A DNA stretch of 63,207 bases, filler included, from Choristocarpus tenellus KU-1152 (Eukaryota; Protista; Phaeophyceae): assembly GCA_964200185.2 (NCBI GenBank). It is 7 parts of 7 records of this genome, joined end to end, with 100 filler letters (N's around TTAATTAATTAA, not from the genome) between each part and the next. Parts side by side here need not be neighbours in the genome. Positions count along the whole stretch, not along the records: positions 1 to 17,734 come from CAXNAD020000634.1; positions 17,835 to 37,520 come from CAXNAD020000453.1; 5 more parts are not named here. One strand, given 5' to 3'. Both the position numbers and the translations under genes were made by a program. The first letter of the stretch is position 1, and every line of letters starts with the position of its first letter. A model generated the notes under the pieces. The model made no database searches. It was not told the origin of the DNA and was given only the letters and a program-made list of their open reading frames with translations. Shown here one piece after another: positions 13,601 through 26,900 of the stretch.

Positions 13601-15076
13601 TTGGCGAGTCCGTCTCGTTAGTTGCCTCTAGGACCATCTCACCACTTGCTCGCACGTTCAATGTACCTTTGTTTCCTAATGTGCAGGTGCGGGTGATTGC
13701 TGTTGCTGCAGTGAGGTCCTGCAATCGAGGGGTAAGGTGTATGCACCTGAGTCGCAGAGTAGGCTAATGGTCTTGGACATATCTTGAGATGAGGATAGGA
13801 GCGCTGCCTCAACCAGCCTATTGTATACGTCCTCCCCCACAGACACATTCATGGCCAGGAATGCCCGCGATGAGCCCTGGCGATGAGCCTTGCCTCAGCC
13901 TCTTCGACTGCTGCTCCGTTCCTTGGTTGGTGGTAGTGGAAATTTTGGCGTTGCCCCAAACCCGTGGGGGTGCTTAGCAGGAGGTTTGCCAGTCAAGTAT
14001 GAGTGGCATTCTCTCCATGTGTGGTTAAATTTAAGGCAGAACGCACATTGGTTTGAACCGAGGCCGCTCCCGGAGCTCTGTCGCCCTGTCTGATTCTCTG
14101 CTCCTGTGTAGAGCGCCATAGCCCCTGAGCTCCTAGTGTTTCTCCCGTGACCTCCATGGTCATACATGAAGATGATGAGATGATGGCGTTTCTAAGCTGG
14201 TCATAGGTGAGATCCGGAGCTGTTGACAGCTGTGCAAACACTTGTGGCATGCTTTCCCTGATGCCTATGATTAATGCCCCTTTCTTGGCGTGATCCGCCA
14301 CCTCCAGCTGCTCGTACTTGGTCCAGACATGATCAAGTCGAATGACGAAGTCTGCAGCGTCCTCCGCTGACGAGCAGTACATTTCACGCAGCTTCATTTC
14401 GAGAACAATGAACTGCATGGGCCGCTGAACTGCAGCGCACCCCCATATATTTTCTCCAACTCGAGCCAGGCTGCTCTCCCGTCGGGGCTGCTGTTATTCT
14501 CATGTGTGCTGACCACCATCGCTGCAGCCCCCATCGTGGCCTGACCCAGCAGGAACCACAAGGCCTCGCTATGTTTGACGTATTCCTCGTAAGCGCTGCG
14601 TTCCTCGAACGGTGTATCACCCGTGGGAGGTGCAGGAATGCGGTATACTGGTTGGAGGATGCGGTACAGTCCCTTGCCGCCTGCATAGCTTAGCAGCGCC
14701 ATCTGCCATTCTGCCCACTTCTCCTGTGTATGCCCCCGCACTCCACTCCATAGTGGCAGCTTAAGTGGGTCCGCTTCCATACCAATGAGGCTCAACACCT
14801 ATGCAAAAGAGAGCTATTCTAATAGTCTTCGCTTTATGTGGTACGGATGTATTTATTAGCGGAGTGAACACATCCCTCGAGGTGGGGTGTGTGCTCTGCC
14901 TCGTTATCTATTGCGCATTTCAGCAGACACATCAAAATGTGTTTGTGTCAGTCACACTACGTCAGTTATCCTCCGTCAACCACTTACATTAAGAAGAAAT
15001 TAATACCCCGAGATTCTAACCTATTACTCTAAGCACACGGAAACAAGTCATTGACACTTACTCCAATCAGTCAACA
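10625..15076 (-). mobile_element. Ty1/copia LTR retrotransposon, decayed and 3'-truncated
   Basis: Domains are in copia order on the minus strand: gag (14798-13990), zinc knuckle CAFCLKFNHTWREC, protease LLCDSGAYT (~13750), GAG-pre-integrase YWHKIMSHLN, integrase VHTDMEGPF/ISGDGAGEF/PQSNGIAERA (12478-13161), RT ERYKARLVARGFTQ, LDFTQAYLN, KAIYGLKQS, YVDD, and RNase H GYGDSDWG/LSSSEAE/WFCDNRGAI. It carries multiple frameshifts and stops, and homology ends at ~10625. Confidence 0.95.
14800..15076 (-). repeat. Putative 5' LTR of the copia element
   Basis: The minus strand begins TGTTGA at 15076 and ends ...TTTTGCATA. It is immediately followed by GGTGTTGAGCC, which resembles the GGTTATGGGCCC-type copia PBS, and then the gag frame. 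No matching 3' copy is seen. Confidence 0.5.
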
Positions 15077-17116
15077 TTTCTGTTGAATAGTACTGGTCAC
15101 TAAGTGCATAAAAAGCCTAAGGAACTACCTAGCCTATATTGCACAGATTTCGGTTGTACGAAAAATCAAACATAGTGTTATCGGTGAATGTTGGAATACG
15201 TTTTTTGAGATGTTGATGGTTGTCCTTGGGGACCGAGTCATGGGTAGTGAGACTCTTGGCGTACTGGATTTGATGCTACAAAACTTGGTCAAAACTGTTT
15301 TTGGTTGGCCTCCTGGATGTACAACGTCAAAAGAGGAATCGAACCTTTCAAATAATATGTTTCTACAGGTTGATTTCGGTTCAACCGTATTATTGGAGGA
15401 TAGGACAAAGTAAACGAGCTTTCATCCAAGCACCCAGAAGGCGGTGCTTTTGAACACTTTTGCTGGATCCTTTTGAGGCCGTCACACCTAGGGCAAGGCT
15501 GGCAGTGCCGTATGTCACCAATTTGAGTTGGGCTTTCAACCAGAATCTGGGATACACTAAAAATCAAAATGTTTCAGACTGTTGTTGCGTTGCTATTGGA
15601 ATCGAACAGTGTTTCACAATTAAATAGTCGATAGGCTAACCACTCTTCACTCTGAATGGTGGTGTTGATGTTCGAAACAAATAATGGTGCTATATATAGA
15701 CGTATGTATGCACTGTACGACACAGGTATATACTATGCCTCTCTCATCGTTCACCTAGCCTCCTACCAGATTCAACACGTGCATGAGAGTGTGACTGTCT
15801 TAAGCGCGCGAACAATACCTACTCCTCAAGACAATAAGCTTCAATGAGCCAGCTGTCGCTCTCATTCTGTCCCCCCAAAAAGCGATTCTTCCCCCGACAA
15901 GCAATCAATCCATTATGTTTCATTTCACAATAAAGTTGCGCCCCCTGGACAGATGGAAGAACCATCCATCCGAAGAACAATACAACCAAGACCTTCGCCT
16001 ACCCCCTCTCCATCCATGCATCCTACCCATCACACTCCAACAGCAATGCACACTACAATCTCTAGAAAGTTCTCATGAATTGGATTATTACTCAGGTTAC
16101 GTAGTATATTTCCTGGTGTCTAAGGGAATCACAGTCAACACTGAACTCCCTGCCCCATGTTAACCTCTCTCTCTTTGCATCAAGGTATTCTCCCAACCAT
16201 CTCACATACAGTATCATCACACGAATCCTTCCGCCCATCTTTTAAACAACCAACAACCGCCCATTCACCAACTGGTACCAGTGGTACCAGTGAGTACACC
16301 ATTTCTCCTCATCATTCACCCCTCCCTCCCAGCACTCCACGACATGTATTGTCTTGCCATCACTACCCTTGCCCATTGGAAAGGATGAGGAAATGGCAGC
16401 CAAATACCAAAACCTGACAATGAAGGTGACACCCAACAACCAAGAGCACACTCCATGACACTACATTAAATCAACTACTGCTTCCTAGAAGAACTAGAAG
16501 TAGCAACCAGCAGGAACAACATAACGCAACACAACAGAAAAAAAGAAGAGATCAAACCGATGATAACATGAAGGGGGGATTTTTTGTTTTTTTCCAAACG
16601 CCACCCACAACACACGGCCGGCAAATCAACCAAATTAAAAAGCAACTTAAAAGGAAATGCAGTAGGAAGGAAACGTATGCACACCCACAGGGAGATGAGC
16701 TCGGTTTTGTCAGCACCTTTTAAGGCGACACAATACATGGCACATTGATAGTGGGAAGATATCTCAGTCAAAACACGCGACCCATGATGTCCATGGCTCA
16801 TTGACCAGACATTCCCGAACACCAATCCTCGCTCTACAGTGCCCCGCCATCACATCTGGTTGAGTCACTACACAATTCGGTGAACCAAAGAATGGGAAGA
16901 GCCTTGAAGAGTGTGGGGTGGCCTCTGCACCCCCTAAAATGCAAAGTACACAGTGCCTTGATGCCTGGCCATTCTGGACGCAGGAAAAGAAAAGAAAAGA
17001 GGTTATGAAAGTGCTGGGGAATTGACTGCAATTCTCAAGAATGAGCACCTGACTAGATTTCTAGTGGCCCTACTTGCGTATCAGATTGGTAGTTCACGAT
17101 TCTATAAGAAAAAGTA

Positions 17117-17329
17117 CTCTAAGTGCCTAGGGGGGGGGGGGGGGGTCTACACCAGGGTGTCCATTCGGGACCTGACCAGGAGAAGTGAACTTACATTTAT
17201 CCATCCGACGCATGCAACCAAATAACACAAAGATTGTGACATGGAAGAACGGACCCCGAATAGACAGTTGCCACCCCCCCCCCACCCCCCCCCGAAGATA
17301 CTTTAAGCCAAAGATCACACAAGCAGGGC
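17117..17329. mobile_element. MITE, subfamily B (poly-G/C subterminal tracts)
   Basis: Ends AGATACTTTAAGCC. The internal sequence (gtctacaccagggtgtccatt...ccatccgacgcatgcaaccaaataacacaaag) is the reverse complement of the copy at 53969-54142. Confidence 0.7.
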
Positions 17330-17734
17330 AGGCTCTATCCTAAGAAAGCAATACACAACCTCATAAGCAACAGACTTAACTTACCACAAAAACACATTCA
17401 TTTTTTTCACAATCCCAAATACAGCACCACAAATAACATCAATGGAATTTATGAAAAAAAATAATCAAGAGCGCACACTACGTATCTCCAACCTCTTCTC
17501 TTGGCACAAGGAAACCAAAATCATGCTTCCACTATCACATACTAACTCAGTTACAGTGCAGTTAACGTCCTCTCTCCGTCAACCTTTGTCCTCCACCTTA
17601 AATTTTTTTTCTCTCTCACGACCTCCAATGGTACTCTCCTCTCACCTCTCCAAATATTGTAATGTTTCCTCAGCATTCCCTCCCCCCCCCCCCACAAACT
17701 ACAAACACCAATCTCCCAGTCAGGGAGGCGAGGG

Positions 17735-17834
17735 NNNNNNNNNNNNNNNNNNNNNNNNNNNNNNNNNNNNNNNNNNNNTTAATTAATTAANNNNNNNNNN
17801 NNNNNNNNNNNNNNNNNNNNNNNNNNNNNNNNNN
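17735..17834. other. Scaffold gap with artificial TTAATTAATTAA linker (also 37521-37620, 45211-45310, 48870-48969, 54482-54581, 60593-60692)
   Basis: Identical 100-bp blocks (N-run, ttaattaattaa, N-run) occur six times. Confidence 0.95.
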
Positions 17835-17902
17835 GATGGAGTAAGTAGCATCAACAAAAACTTTGTACGTGATTATCACAATAGTACCGTAGTTTGTTAT
17901 AC

Positions 17903-20900
17903 CAGGCCCTGTCACTGCTGTTGATGAATTCTGCCCCACATCCACTGCTAGCCCAAGTCTCTGCCCTAACCCTGTCCCCGCACCCCCCTCTGAAGGCAAG
18001 GCTGTATTGGACCTTGCAATTGATGTTCTCCCCTCCACATCAAGAGCTAACCCCAACCCTAACCCTAACCCTAACCCTAGCCCCAAGCCAGTTCCAGAGC
18101 CAATCCCCGGTCCTGCAGCAGCCCCTCGCAACGGTGATAGTTGCTGTGGTTGCAGTGGTGGTAGTCTTAGTGGTGGAGGGCTGATCATGCCATTGCTGCT
18201 CGTTGTGCTGCCAAGACATTCTGCATATCCTGAAGCGATACGATAGCTGTTGGCCCTCTTTCGCCTATGATCACAATTCATGACAGGGTAAAGACTCAAT
18301 TAGGGCATAGGTCTTATTTGACGGAACCTCTTGGCAATGTCAAACACGCCCAACAAAAAAGCCAAGCCTTCTAGGAATAAACAGGGAATAATCTCACGCA
18401 GTGTTCAGAATCTGTTGGTCCCAACATCACCTAGCTAGAATCAACAAGAGGTAAACACTTCACAGCAAAGACTTAATGCTAAGATTACAATGAGCCTACA
18501 AAGTAGGAGACAACTCACCGCCTAGCGTTTGCTTTACACATATGAAACTTTGCCACAGCGGAGCAGATATCCCTCAGGCCCAGCGCCCTCTCTTTGTCCT
18601 TCTGTAATGTCGAGTTGTCAGTGTGATTAGATACAATGCCACAGATTGTGTTACCGACATGATGACACATTACAACAACCTTATTGTACTCTGCACTCTT
18701 GTGAGTAACTACCGTACATCTAAAGGCAGCCCCATCTGCTGAAAAAACATCAGTATCCCTACGATCAGTGTACTCACATTAAATTATGATATTGCAAACA
18801 ATGCAATCTCCTAAATGTGAGATAGAGTGCCCCACACCAATAACATGGTAACATTTACTTGATTTATTTTCTAAATAGTGATATCTAAAGTGCAATCGCA
18901 ATGCAGCGTTTTTCAAAAAATCAATCAATAGTGCACATGAGAAATAAAAAAACAAATTCGATAGAGTACAAGCGCAGACCATACTAGTACTTGAGTTTCA
19001 AAATAGCTCCAACAATGCTTGCCAAATATTACTAACAATCACAAAACAAACACCGACTGTCACTCACTTTCCCAAACTCCTCACTTCCGTTGTCAGTTAT
19101 TTGACTTCCACCAATGATGCTGCTGCTCCCTTTCCTCTTGAGGGATACTCTTCTCTGTGATGAGGATAGCTGACCCAATCAAGCAACAACAAAAGGACCA
19201 ATCAGTCCAATACATTACATGAAACATATCACCATGGCATATCACAACTCTAACCCCAAGGACAAACAAAATAAAATAATAAATAGAGCTGATTATGTCA
19301 TGTTCATTAATCACAAAAATTTCACAACCTGAGACTGATGAAGCAATCCACTCTTCCCCCCAAATGACATGCAAATAACCCTAACCCTAACCTATGGACC
19401 ACAGGAATAAAAAACAAAGTTGAACATACAATACAGCAACCATGAAATCAACACGTGATCATGAAAACACACAAAATCTCCAAGCAAGACCAACAACAGC
19501 ACCATAATAAGACCTGCTATTCAAGCCTATAGGCTCTCCCCCACCGCCCCCACCATACTGTAAAAAGGTACAATTGTACCTCCAGTTGTACCTTACCTGC
19601 AAGAATGGGTGTTCCAACAACTGTTGTGCAGTCCCCCTCTCCTCTGGTTCGTACGCCAAGCAACACCTTGCAAATGAAAGCAGGCTTGCCGATAGCCCCA
19701 GCCGCTTGGTCTCTTGAGTTGGCAGGAACACCTCCATTGGCTCTTGGGGTCGAGAGAAGCAAGGGGCAGCTCTTCCAGACTCTCCACATGCCCTGTCACC
19801 ATTGTCAAAACCCTGCTGCAAAGAGCTCTGGCCAGGGGTAGTAACAGCTACAGAGGCAGATGGTAATCCTCCGGTGGAAGAGGAGTGTGCATCCTTTTGG
19901 CTGTTGAAGGAGCTCATTTGGGGGCATATCAGCCTCACCAGGTTCCAGTACAAGTTTGTCTTCGGCACCTGAGAGTTGTTGTTGTTGAATTGAGCAAAAG
20001 ATTATCATCCATTTCTTGAAGAAACACTCAGTGCTCATCACTTTCCCCTATTTTCTTAGTCAAAATTCTTACCAAATATTACAAACTTGCTCTAGAGGCA
20101 AAACATAAAAATGACTTATCATTATTCAACAGTTCATGACATACACACAACCACCCCTATCAAAGGAATAAGAAAAAACTATCAAAATCGTACCCATGGT
20201 ACACAGGGGATGTGCTGGTGTGTGTGCTAAACAACGACTGCATGCAATACCTTTCTCACCAATACCTCTGCCTCACCCCCACCCCCCAAAAAAATATGTT
20301 GGCTATTCTTGACCCTTTAACGTATGCTGATAACTCTAGAGCCTTGTCTCCAGGTATTTCCCGCTTATTTTGGACCACTAATACAGTAACACCAGGAAAG
20401 TGATCACCAATGAACGATGTGCCACTAGATGAAAAGAAAAACATCTTTGAGCAATGGACTATGGCAAAAAAAGAGGCATTTGGGATGGGGTTTTTTCCTT
20501 TTTCTTAGTGTGTGCTGTACTCTGGCGAATTGTGGCTGGGTTGTAGTGTTGTGGATCACATGATTCAACACGAGTGCAATAACTTGAAACTGGAAATTGA
20601 AGCACAGTTTTTGATTCACCACTTTTTGAGCGAACACACACTGCTTGTCTCTATTCCTATGCTGCATGTACATTTTGATTCTAATGGAGTACACCAAAAG
20701 TTTTTGAGTTGATCTAAAGCTCTTTGTGCACGTTTGAAGGCAAGGCATAGGCACAAACAGCTTGATATTGCTTGAGGCCTTAGGTGTACATGTGTCAGGT
20801 CTGACCATACTCGTGATGGATGTTGCTTGCAGACCAAAATCCTCAACAGGTCCTTGTTTGATTTCCCAGGGTCTTGGCATGATGGTGTATGGCCTTTGTT

Positions 20901-23900
20901 CTTACATCCTTTTGGAGGGTAACTGGACATGTGTTTTCTCAAGTCGATGTAGTGGTTCATGCGTCCCATTCTTATACTCACAAATTATTGAACTTTCAAT
21001 CCACCACTCTACTGGCTTGTGACTTGTATGGATGTGGCAGGCAGCATTCAGAATTCCATATGGTTTACACATACACGCCAACATGCTCACACCAGACAAG
21101 GCCCACTAGTAGGCCTTTATCTGCCAGGCAAGCAAACAAGCAATATGTCTGGCAAGCTGACACTTATCATCTTCAGTTTTGGATGGTTCCTAAGTCCAAC
21201 CCTGATAATAATTGCTATAAAACTAATCCCTACATGGTAGGCTTGCATATCAACCCCATAGAAAAAAACGCCAAGATGGCAAGAGATGATATTGATTAAA
21301 GAAGGTACACCTCATTGCAGTCTTAAAGCAGACACTCCTCCAACTGTATCTGGGTTCAAGAGTCTCCACAAAAAAAATAAATACCTATTTGAAAAAAGTA
21401 ATCCTACTGAGTGTAACCCTTTGCAAGTCAGTCTGCAATCTCCAGTCAAGAGTGTATCAGTGAAGTTCTGATGGTTACACTCCATCATACAGCTCGGCAG
21501 ACTTCCTTGGCCAAGCTTTCCACGGAATGCAGTATTTTCCAGTTCAAACATCCTCTGGCACTCTGCCACCTAACATTGGTCAACTTCAGGTTGATTGATC
21601 AACCAATGTGATAAACAGAAACTACCAAATGGGGCACTGGAAAATAGGTACACCTTGCAATTGAACAGGATATCAAGGCCATGACCAAGTCCATTAGCAT
21701 CGACCAAGGCACTGTGAGAGTCAGCATTACCATGACTATTACTAACAGAAGGACTAGGTACAACAACCTTTCATCAATTGAGATCTAATGGCAAGGTGTA
21801 CTTCACTGGCTCTATGGCGTGTCAACCCAAGGACATTAGGGCAGATGACAAACATTTGTAGCTTTGGACTGCCCTACAAGAGTACAAAGCACCCACAAGG
21901 TGAAAAACTAGTACCTTCAGTAAAACCAACAACACTTCAAAACATCAAATTGGCTCATGCAATCCAGAGCCTCAGACCCATTCCACTTGTAAAGTTATAT
22001 CAAGACATGAATGACGACACCTCTCCATTCATATCGTTTAATGCTACAGTGGCACCATGTCCTGATATAAACTGTTTCAAATCGCTACATCAAAAAATTG
22101 ACTGTAGAATCGATTCCACCCCCCCAAGCTCAAATTCAAACCAGCAGTTTCTCTCAGAGAAAGGGAGTAAATTATTCCAATCCTTGTCAAAACCCCTTCA
22201 GTCACCATGCCTTATCTACAGGATGTACTACTGTACACTCAGGGTACATTACTTGATTACCATAACAATAATATGTTTTTCCATGTCTTCATCAGGACAC
22301 ACAACAACAAAACCCCAAACCTGGAATAGGACCTTTAAAATCGCCATTCTGTCTTCACTCTACCTTGGGGACTATCCCGACCTGTGGTTAAAGGCACTGC
22401 ACTACCTCTTATGTCGTAACAACGTTCTTGCACTGCAACTAATTGCACTACATTCCTCTGTTCACGCCTTGCTTCTAGCAGATTGTGTTCAGACATCCCA
22501 CTACTCAACATTCATCACTCCACTTCCAGACTCTATTCTTGGTCTGTTGTAGAATAGCAACAAAGAGAAAAATACAGTTGTACAATCCATAGTACTTACC
22601 ACGAGGACTGGTTTGTTGAAACCCTCTAATTCACAGACTACTATTCCGGTGTCAATGGTGCTTGCACGCATGAAGGTCAAACAAGGAACAATATCCTCAA
22701 CCACTGTAGCGTTAAATACAAGCCTTTTCACACGCTGGTCGCTGACTAATCTGTAAATTTCCCGCTTCAGTTGTGTTGAAAATTGGCAGTCAGCAAAGTG
22801 GAATGACTCTATTTACTTATCCCAAATGACACAAGTAATTCTACATACAATGTATGATATTTTCTTAGATATACTGTATCGTCAACTAAACCAACACCCT
22901 ATTTCACTGAGTTGTGAACTGTGGCAGTTGAATCAGCTTCAGTCCAACAAATCGAGAAAGTCTGATATCATCACCGGAAAAGTTTGTTTCTTTGGTTTAT
23001 AATCTATTTCTAGAAGACAAAAATAATTTGTTTTTTGTGTATGTAACGTCCCTCCTTCAGCGACATATCTCTGTCTCAAGAGTGCTACAACCATCCATAT
23101 ACCAAACATTAGGAACAAAACAATAGAAGATGGGTAATATAGTCATGATGAATCCATCTTTGTTCTTCACAGTCAACCCCTCCACCACATTTTCTTCAGC
23201 CTTTCTTAAGAGGAAGACATGAATGAACAATAGTATCTACAATGGGAGATCATCCCCCTGGTGAGGAACAAAGAGCAAAGAAAAGAATGCAAGTGGAAAC
23301 TTTGCGACTCGAAAAGACCGTATTCAAATAGGAAACCTTACGCCTTGCGATACCACGCGACACAAGGCGATCAGCGCGCGAATTGCATGCGTCACCTCAT
23401 GCGCCGACTGTTCAAACCAACTAATAATCCGCTAAGTTTAACCTAAAATTTCATCAATCGACAAAACTATTACTACGTATCATACATGCTTCTATGTATT
23501 ATTTCAAAAAAGGAATCCATGGTTACAAACATAGTTTGTAGGTGAAAAAGAAGATTTTAGTGTATCTCACTCAGTAAACCGTTTTGACGTACATTACATT
23601 CGTTCTAAGGAAGCCCTCTTACATACAGAATGATTCTTAAGTACAGAATCATCGAAACCAGAGTTCTATCGAAACATGTCTTAACGTCGATGGGATTCGA
23701 ACCATGAAGTTTATGTAAGGAACGACCTTCTAAACCCTTGAGATACAAATATAGCGAGGTGAAAAGAACACTCATGTGTACAGTAGGACACTCTTCGGTA
23801 CACTAGTAAATTTCTGGGTACAGAATCATTCAAAACAGACTTCTATGAAAAGAACCCTGTCATTAATAGAGTTCAAGCTCCAAAGTTCATACATTCGGTT

Positions 23901-26900
23901 GGAAAAGAATACTTACGAGACTGAGAAGAACCGTTTTAGATAAAAGACAAGTAGGTTACACTAATGGGAAAAGTCTTTAATACAATACTAAAATGGACTC
24001 TTCGGGACTATAGAACACACCTAGTCTATATAGAACAAAAACAAAACTATGTACAAATAGAAGCAAATCAACGAAAAGAACAATATAATGGTGGAAGAGT
24101 CAAATCTCAATAGATATTAACATACCAGAATAGAACATTGTAGAACAAATAAACCCTTTCATGCGTAAGAATAATACTATGGAGAGAAGAATCTCATGGA
24201 CCATTGAGCCACAAACATCCCAAAAAACAGTTTTGTAAGATATGAAATGAATCGACACATTTGGAAAATGTCACCGAAATACTATATACATATTTATTAT
24301 TATGTCCTCTAACATTTTGGAGGTGTGTCACCGAAAAATATTATGAGGATGAAAATGCGGTAAGCGTTATAATAAACAAGGTGATACTTGAATCAATAAC
24401 ATTGCCATCAGAATGAATAATAATAAAAGGGAAATCTGTCGGGATAATAACAACCAAACTATATATTCACTTTCATCCCACAGAATAAATACAGGTAGGT
24501 ACAACAGAACACGTTTTGAGCTAGAAATCCTTATCTTCCCGAATTCCCCCAGGTACAGAAAAAGCTACCCCTACAGGAATCTGTACTACTCTACCTTGAA
24601 ACCCTTAAAAACCATGACAGAAGAGTAATAATGTGATGTTGGTTGTCACAATCGCAATAGTTCTTACCTCCAGTGGATACTTGCCCAACGCGAGGGTTAG
24701 AACAGTGAGTCCCAAGCTCCATACATCCCCTGGATATCCGTAAGGCTCCCCCTGTAGCCTCTCGGGTGACATATATAGGGCTGTGCCCACAAACGAATGT
24801 GCCCTTGCTCGACTGTGACTCTCCATACACTCAGATGCCTCCTCATCCTCCCCCTCTTCCTTTTTATTCCCATTTTCATTTCCTAAAATAGAAGAGTAAT
24901 GCACATGAAAATGAGAGTGTCTCATTTCTACTGTTCTATTACTTGAAATATATAGAATAAGGCAAAACATAAAAAATATGTTGACTAGAAGTTAATACAC
25001 AGACGGAAACAGCAAACTTCGGCGCTGACACAGCAGAATATGGATAGGTGGTATAGGCGAGTGGGACAAAAATAATGGATAATCAAGATATGCAGCAAAA
25101 ATGTGGAGGGGCACATGCTTGATGCTATCCCTGCATGAAGTCTATAGCAGTTATAGTAGGTAGTGTTAGGGTTAGAGTTGGAAACTTCACCAAACGAAGC
25201 AAGTAAGGGGGGGAGGAGGCTTTCAAAAACTAGACAGACCAAAGGTAACATTTCTTACCAATTAAAATATAGGGATTATTCGATCTCTATATTCTTTCTG
25301 ATTCAAGAGGATGAATAACATTGCCTGTGTGTAGCAGTTCTGTGATTTGGATACAATTTATCATTAACTTCTTTTGGTAGTTTCAGTGTCCCTATAGCAT
25401 CAAGGCCTGGAAGAAATTCTTGTACAGGCAAGGCAATAAAATTAAACAATATCCAAGGTAGATTTGGCTATTGAAGAGCCATATGACCAGCTATTGATAC
25501 CTCTTCCCATCGCTCACCACAATTTGAGCAGTTGTCTTGTGAGTGCTGCGAATCACAAGCACATGCACAAGCCATAATCTGCAACAACCCAAAGTCAGCC
25601 AGCTTCACGTTGCCCTTGAGAAGGAGGGGGGATAGTTGCACAACAAATCAGCACAAAACAAAATAGTAACCTTATGGGGGTGAAACACTACACATTGCAG
25701 CAGCACTGTTACAGAAAAAAATACAAAATAAAATATATATATTGAAATAATGTAGTCCAATAAACTTGATAGTGAATCGTGACCTTCATCTATGCGCAGA
25801 GCATCAACCATGGGTGCACATAAAAGCTGATGACATCAGCTAGACAAATTCATAAAATATTTTCCAGACCATAATGTACCACCTGTGGTAAGATTCAAAT
25901 GCTTCAGAACAACAGCAGTGAAATATTCGGTGAGATTTTTCTGACACATGGCACATAGTGTAGAGGAAGTTTGCATTCACCAGTGAAAGGTGCCAACATA
26001 ATCTCTCCAACAGCCCACTGATTACTATCTAAACCAATGATTAAATTCAAAAAGGTATTCAAGAACGCGAAGCGGTGAGAAGTGACTGAAAGTCACTAGA
26101 GTCCACATCACCATTGGAATTACAAACACAAGCAGTGACAAGGAACGTGGGCTCACCTTTTCATTTAGTAGTATGTTGGAAGGCTTTATGTCCCGATGAA
26201 TCATACGATGGTGGTGCACATACTGCAGCCCCTTCACCACATTCAAGGCCACGCTGGCTATTGCAGATTCCTCCATAGGACCCTGGGCATCGATAAGGTC
26301 CTGCCTCATACCAATAATCAAACATCAAACACCAACAAGGACAATACAGTCAAATTCAGGATAAAGTGCGCTCGCTTCCCGATAGCATCAACCTGTATCT
26401 TCCCTGCTTCCAAGATTTATACAGGCATTCGTCTTGATTACATCTATCCTTCAAGGAAGGGAGTCAGGTTCATCTACTGGAAGGACAAATGCTACAGCTC
26501 TTCGCTGGAACTTACTCACATTGACATGTAAAGCCCCCTCCTAATACCTACATACATTGTCCATGACTTGCTCATCCTAAAGAACATTTTTCAAGTTCAA
26601 TGAACGAAACACCTACAAATATTCATTCAACTCATTCAATCCCTAACCCCAACAAAGACACATGGTTACACCACTGGCACCAAGTTCAGGCACAGAAACA
26701 ATCATTGTTGGTTGTAGTCCTAACCTAATACAAGTACCAAGTTTGCACCTTACCATGATACGGTCCTGCTCACAGTAAGTTGACTGACCCTAACCAACAC
26801 TCGACACAAAGTTCGTACCTGGAGAGACCCCCCACTGCAGTACTCCATGGAAATCGATACATATCCCGATCTTGTGCGGGTGAATGCATCATACAAAGAC

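Noticed and set aside
15200-17050. Possible further 3' exons of the MAP2K gene
   Set aside because: The region is separated by a scaffold gap, and no exon chain could be fixed by phase or homology.
21788-22552. 254-aa plus-strand ORF
   Set aside because: It has no recognisable motif, is antisense within the MAP2K intron and overlaps a dispersed repeat; probably a chance or shadow ORF.
23685-23760. Possible tRNA gene
   Set aside because: A B box is present but I could not build an acceptor stem or cloverleaf; kept only as a SINE-like relic.
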